Of a stretch of DNA of 16,523 nucleotides, positions 15,891 to 16,523 are shown one piece after another. How positions within the stretch are numbered: position 1 is the stretch's first letter; each line of letters begins with the position of its first letter. The position numbers were made by a program, and so were the translations under genes. The notes below the pieces were generated by a model. It did no database searches. It saw only the letters and a list, made by a program, of their open reading frames with translations, and was not told the origin of the DNA. This DNA comes from Bdellovibrionia bacterium (lineage in GTDB: Bacteria > Bdellovibrionota > UBA1018): the NCBI GenBank assembly GCA_049424145.1, contig JBMSSC010000057.1:1-16523 (forward strand). The letters are read 5' to 3'.

Positions 15891-15961
15891 AAAAACAGGC
15901 CTGTTTTTAGTTCCAGACCAGAAGTTCTGCAATGAAAGAGCCAGATCAGACTAAAAACAGG
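15891..15961. repeat. Three copies of AAAAACAGG: 18-bp perfect palindrome plus overlapping 12-bp inverted repeat
   Basis: AAAAACAGGCCTGTTTTT at 15891-15908 is self-complementary. CCTGTTTTTAGT (15900-15911) is the exact reverse complement of ACTAAAAACAGG (15950-15961). Confidence 0.8.
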
Positions 15962-15979
15962 GGGGATTCCTTGAGCCGC

Positions 15980-16297
15980 TTAAAGCTGATCGATTTTTTG
16001 AGCCAACTCCAAGTCAGCAAAAGTCAATCCCTGCTTGGGGCGCTGTGGGATCGTAACTCTCACTTCACAGGTGAAGATTTGAATATACGGGTGATGATCG
16101 AGCAGATCTGCAATTTGAGCCACTTGATTGGCAAAGGCGACGGCCTCCATGAATTGAGTGAAAGAGAACTTTTTCACTAACCCCTCAGGGGTCAAAACCC
16201 AGTCTTTTAAGCAACGCAGTGTTTCCGGGAGATCTTCCCTGGGAATCCTCTGTTGCTCCCAACTGGAGTGCGAACGATATCTTTCCGGAAACGCCAT
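15980..16297 (-). CDS. Pterin-4-alpha-carbinolamine dehydratase (PCD/PhhB) family protein, atypical active site
   Basis: KKFSFTQFMEAVAFANQVAQIADLLDHHP...V.VT....GLTFADLELAQKID matches the PCD fold pattern. Start reassigned to ATG 16297 (GAGGAG SD 7 nt upstream; 105 aa). Confidence 0.85.
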   Translation of the reverse strand: MAFPERYRSHSSWEQQRIPREDLPETLRCLKDWVLTPEGLVKKFSFTQFMEAVAFANQVAQIADLLDHHPYIQIFTCEVRVTIPQRPKQGLTFADLELAQKIDQL

Positions 16298-16471
16298 TTC
16301 ATCTCTCCTCCACTGATTCCCACATTGGACACCCCCCCTGAACTTCGATCCCACTGAGGCGCGCTAAAGCTCGGAGACGCTCTTGCAAAAACTGTTCACA
16401 CACAGAGCCCCCTCTCCTACTCACTCCCCTTCAGAGGCCAAACGCGCGTCCTTACCGTTGCCCACGAGAAA

Positions 16472-16523
16472 TTGACGTCCTCCCCGCCCTAAAGGGCCAA
16501 GCCGCTTGCGCGGGGGGATTCCC
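16472..16523 (-). mobile_element. Right end of an IS200/IS605-family (TnpB-type) element, truncated by the window edge
   Basis: Minus strand: GGGAATCCCC-CCGCGCAAGCGG-CTTG-GCCCTTTAGGGC-GGGGAGGACG-TCAA. This gives GAAT at the base of a GC-rich subterminal hairpin and a terminal TCAA, the guide/cleavage tetranucleotide pair known from IS608-like right ends. No tnpA/tnpB inside the window. Confidence 0.78.

Noticed and set aside
16298..16354. N-terminal extension of the PCD ORF given in the ORF track (124 aa)
   Set aside because: A strong SD precedes ATG 16297 and the extension is not PCD-like.

Overview
The window has two compositionally different parts. Bases 1 to about 1210 are very AT-rich (23-35% GC in hand-counted 60-nt lines). 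They hold tightly packed minus-strand hypothetical ORFs and a canonical Bacteroidota-type promoter (TTG-N19-TAnnTTTG), which suggests Bacteroidota or Bacteroidota-phage DNA. From about 1210 onward the DNA is about 50% GC and looks like a diderm bacterial chromosome; a Bdellovibrionota/Oligoflexia-like host is my inference from protein style only. This part encodes an OmpA-family protein transcribed divergently from a cell-envelope cluster. The cluster comprises a 2481-aa lipoprotein (six alternating Cys-paired Ig-like repeats, a Big_1-type Ig domain, about 12 NHL repeats), a delta-60-repeat beta-propeller lipoprotein, and a translationally coupled DUF6588-like outer-membrane beta-barrel. Converging on it are a stand-alone acyltransferase-3, an M50 site-2 protease with a CBS-like tail, and a pterin-4a-carbinolamine dehydratase homologue lacking one catalytic His. 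The last 52 nt are the right end of an IS200/IS605-family element with an extra GNRA hairpin. I saw no rRNA, tRNA or CRISPR array. All family assignments come from motif recognition by eye, not from database searches.
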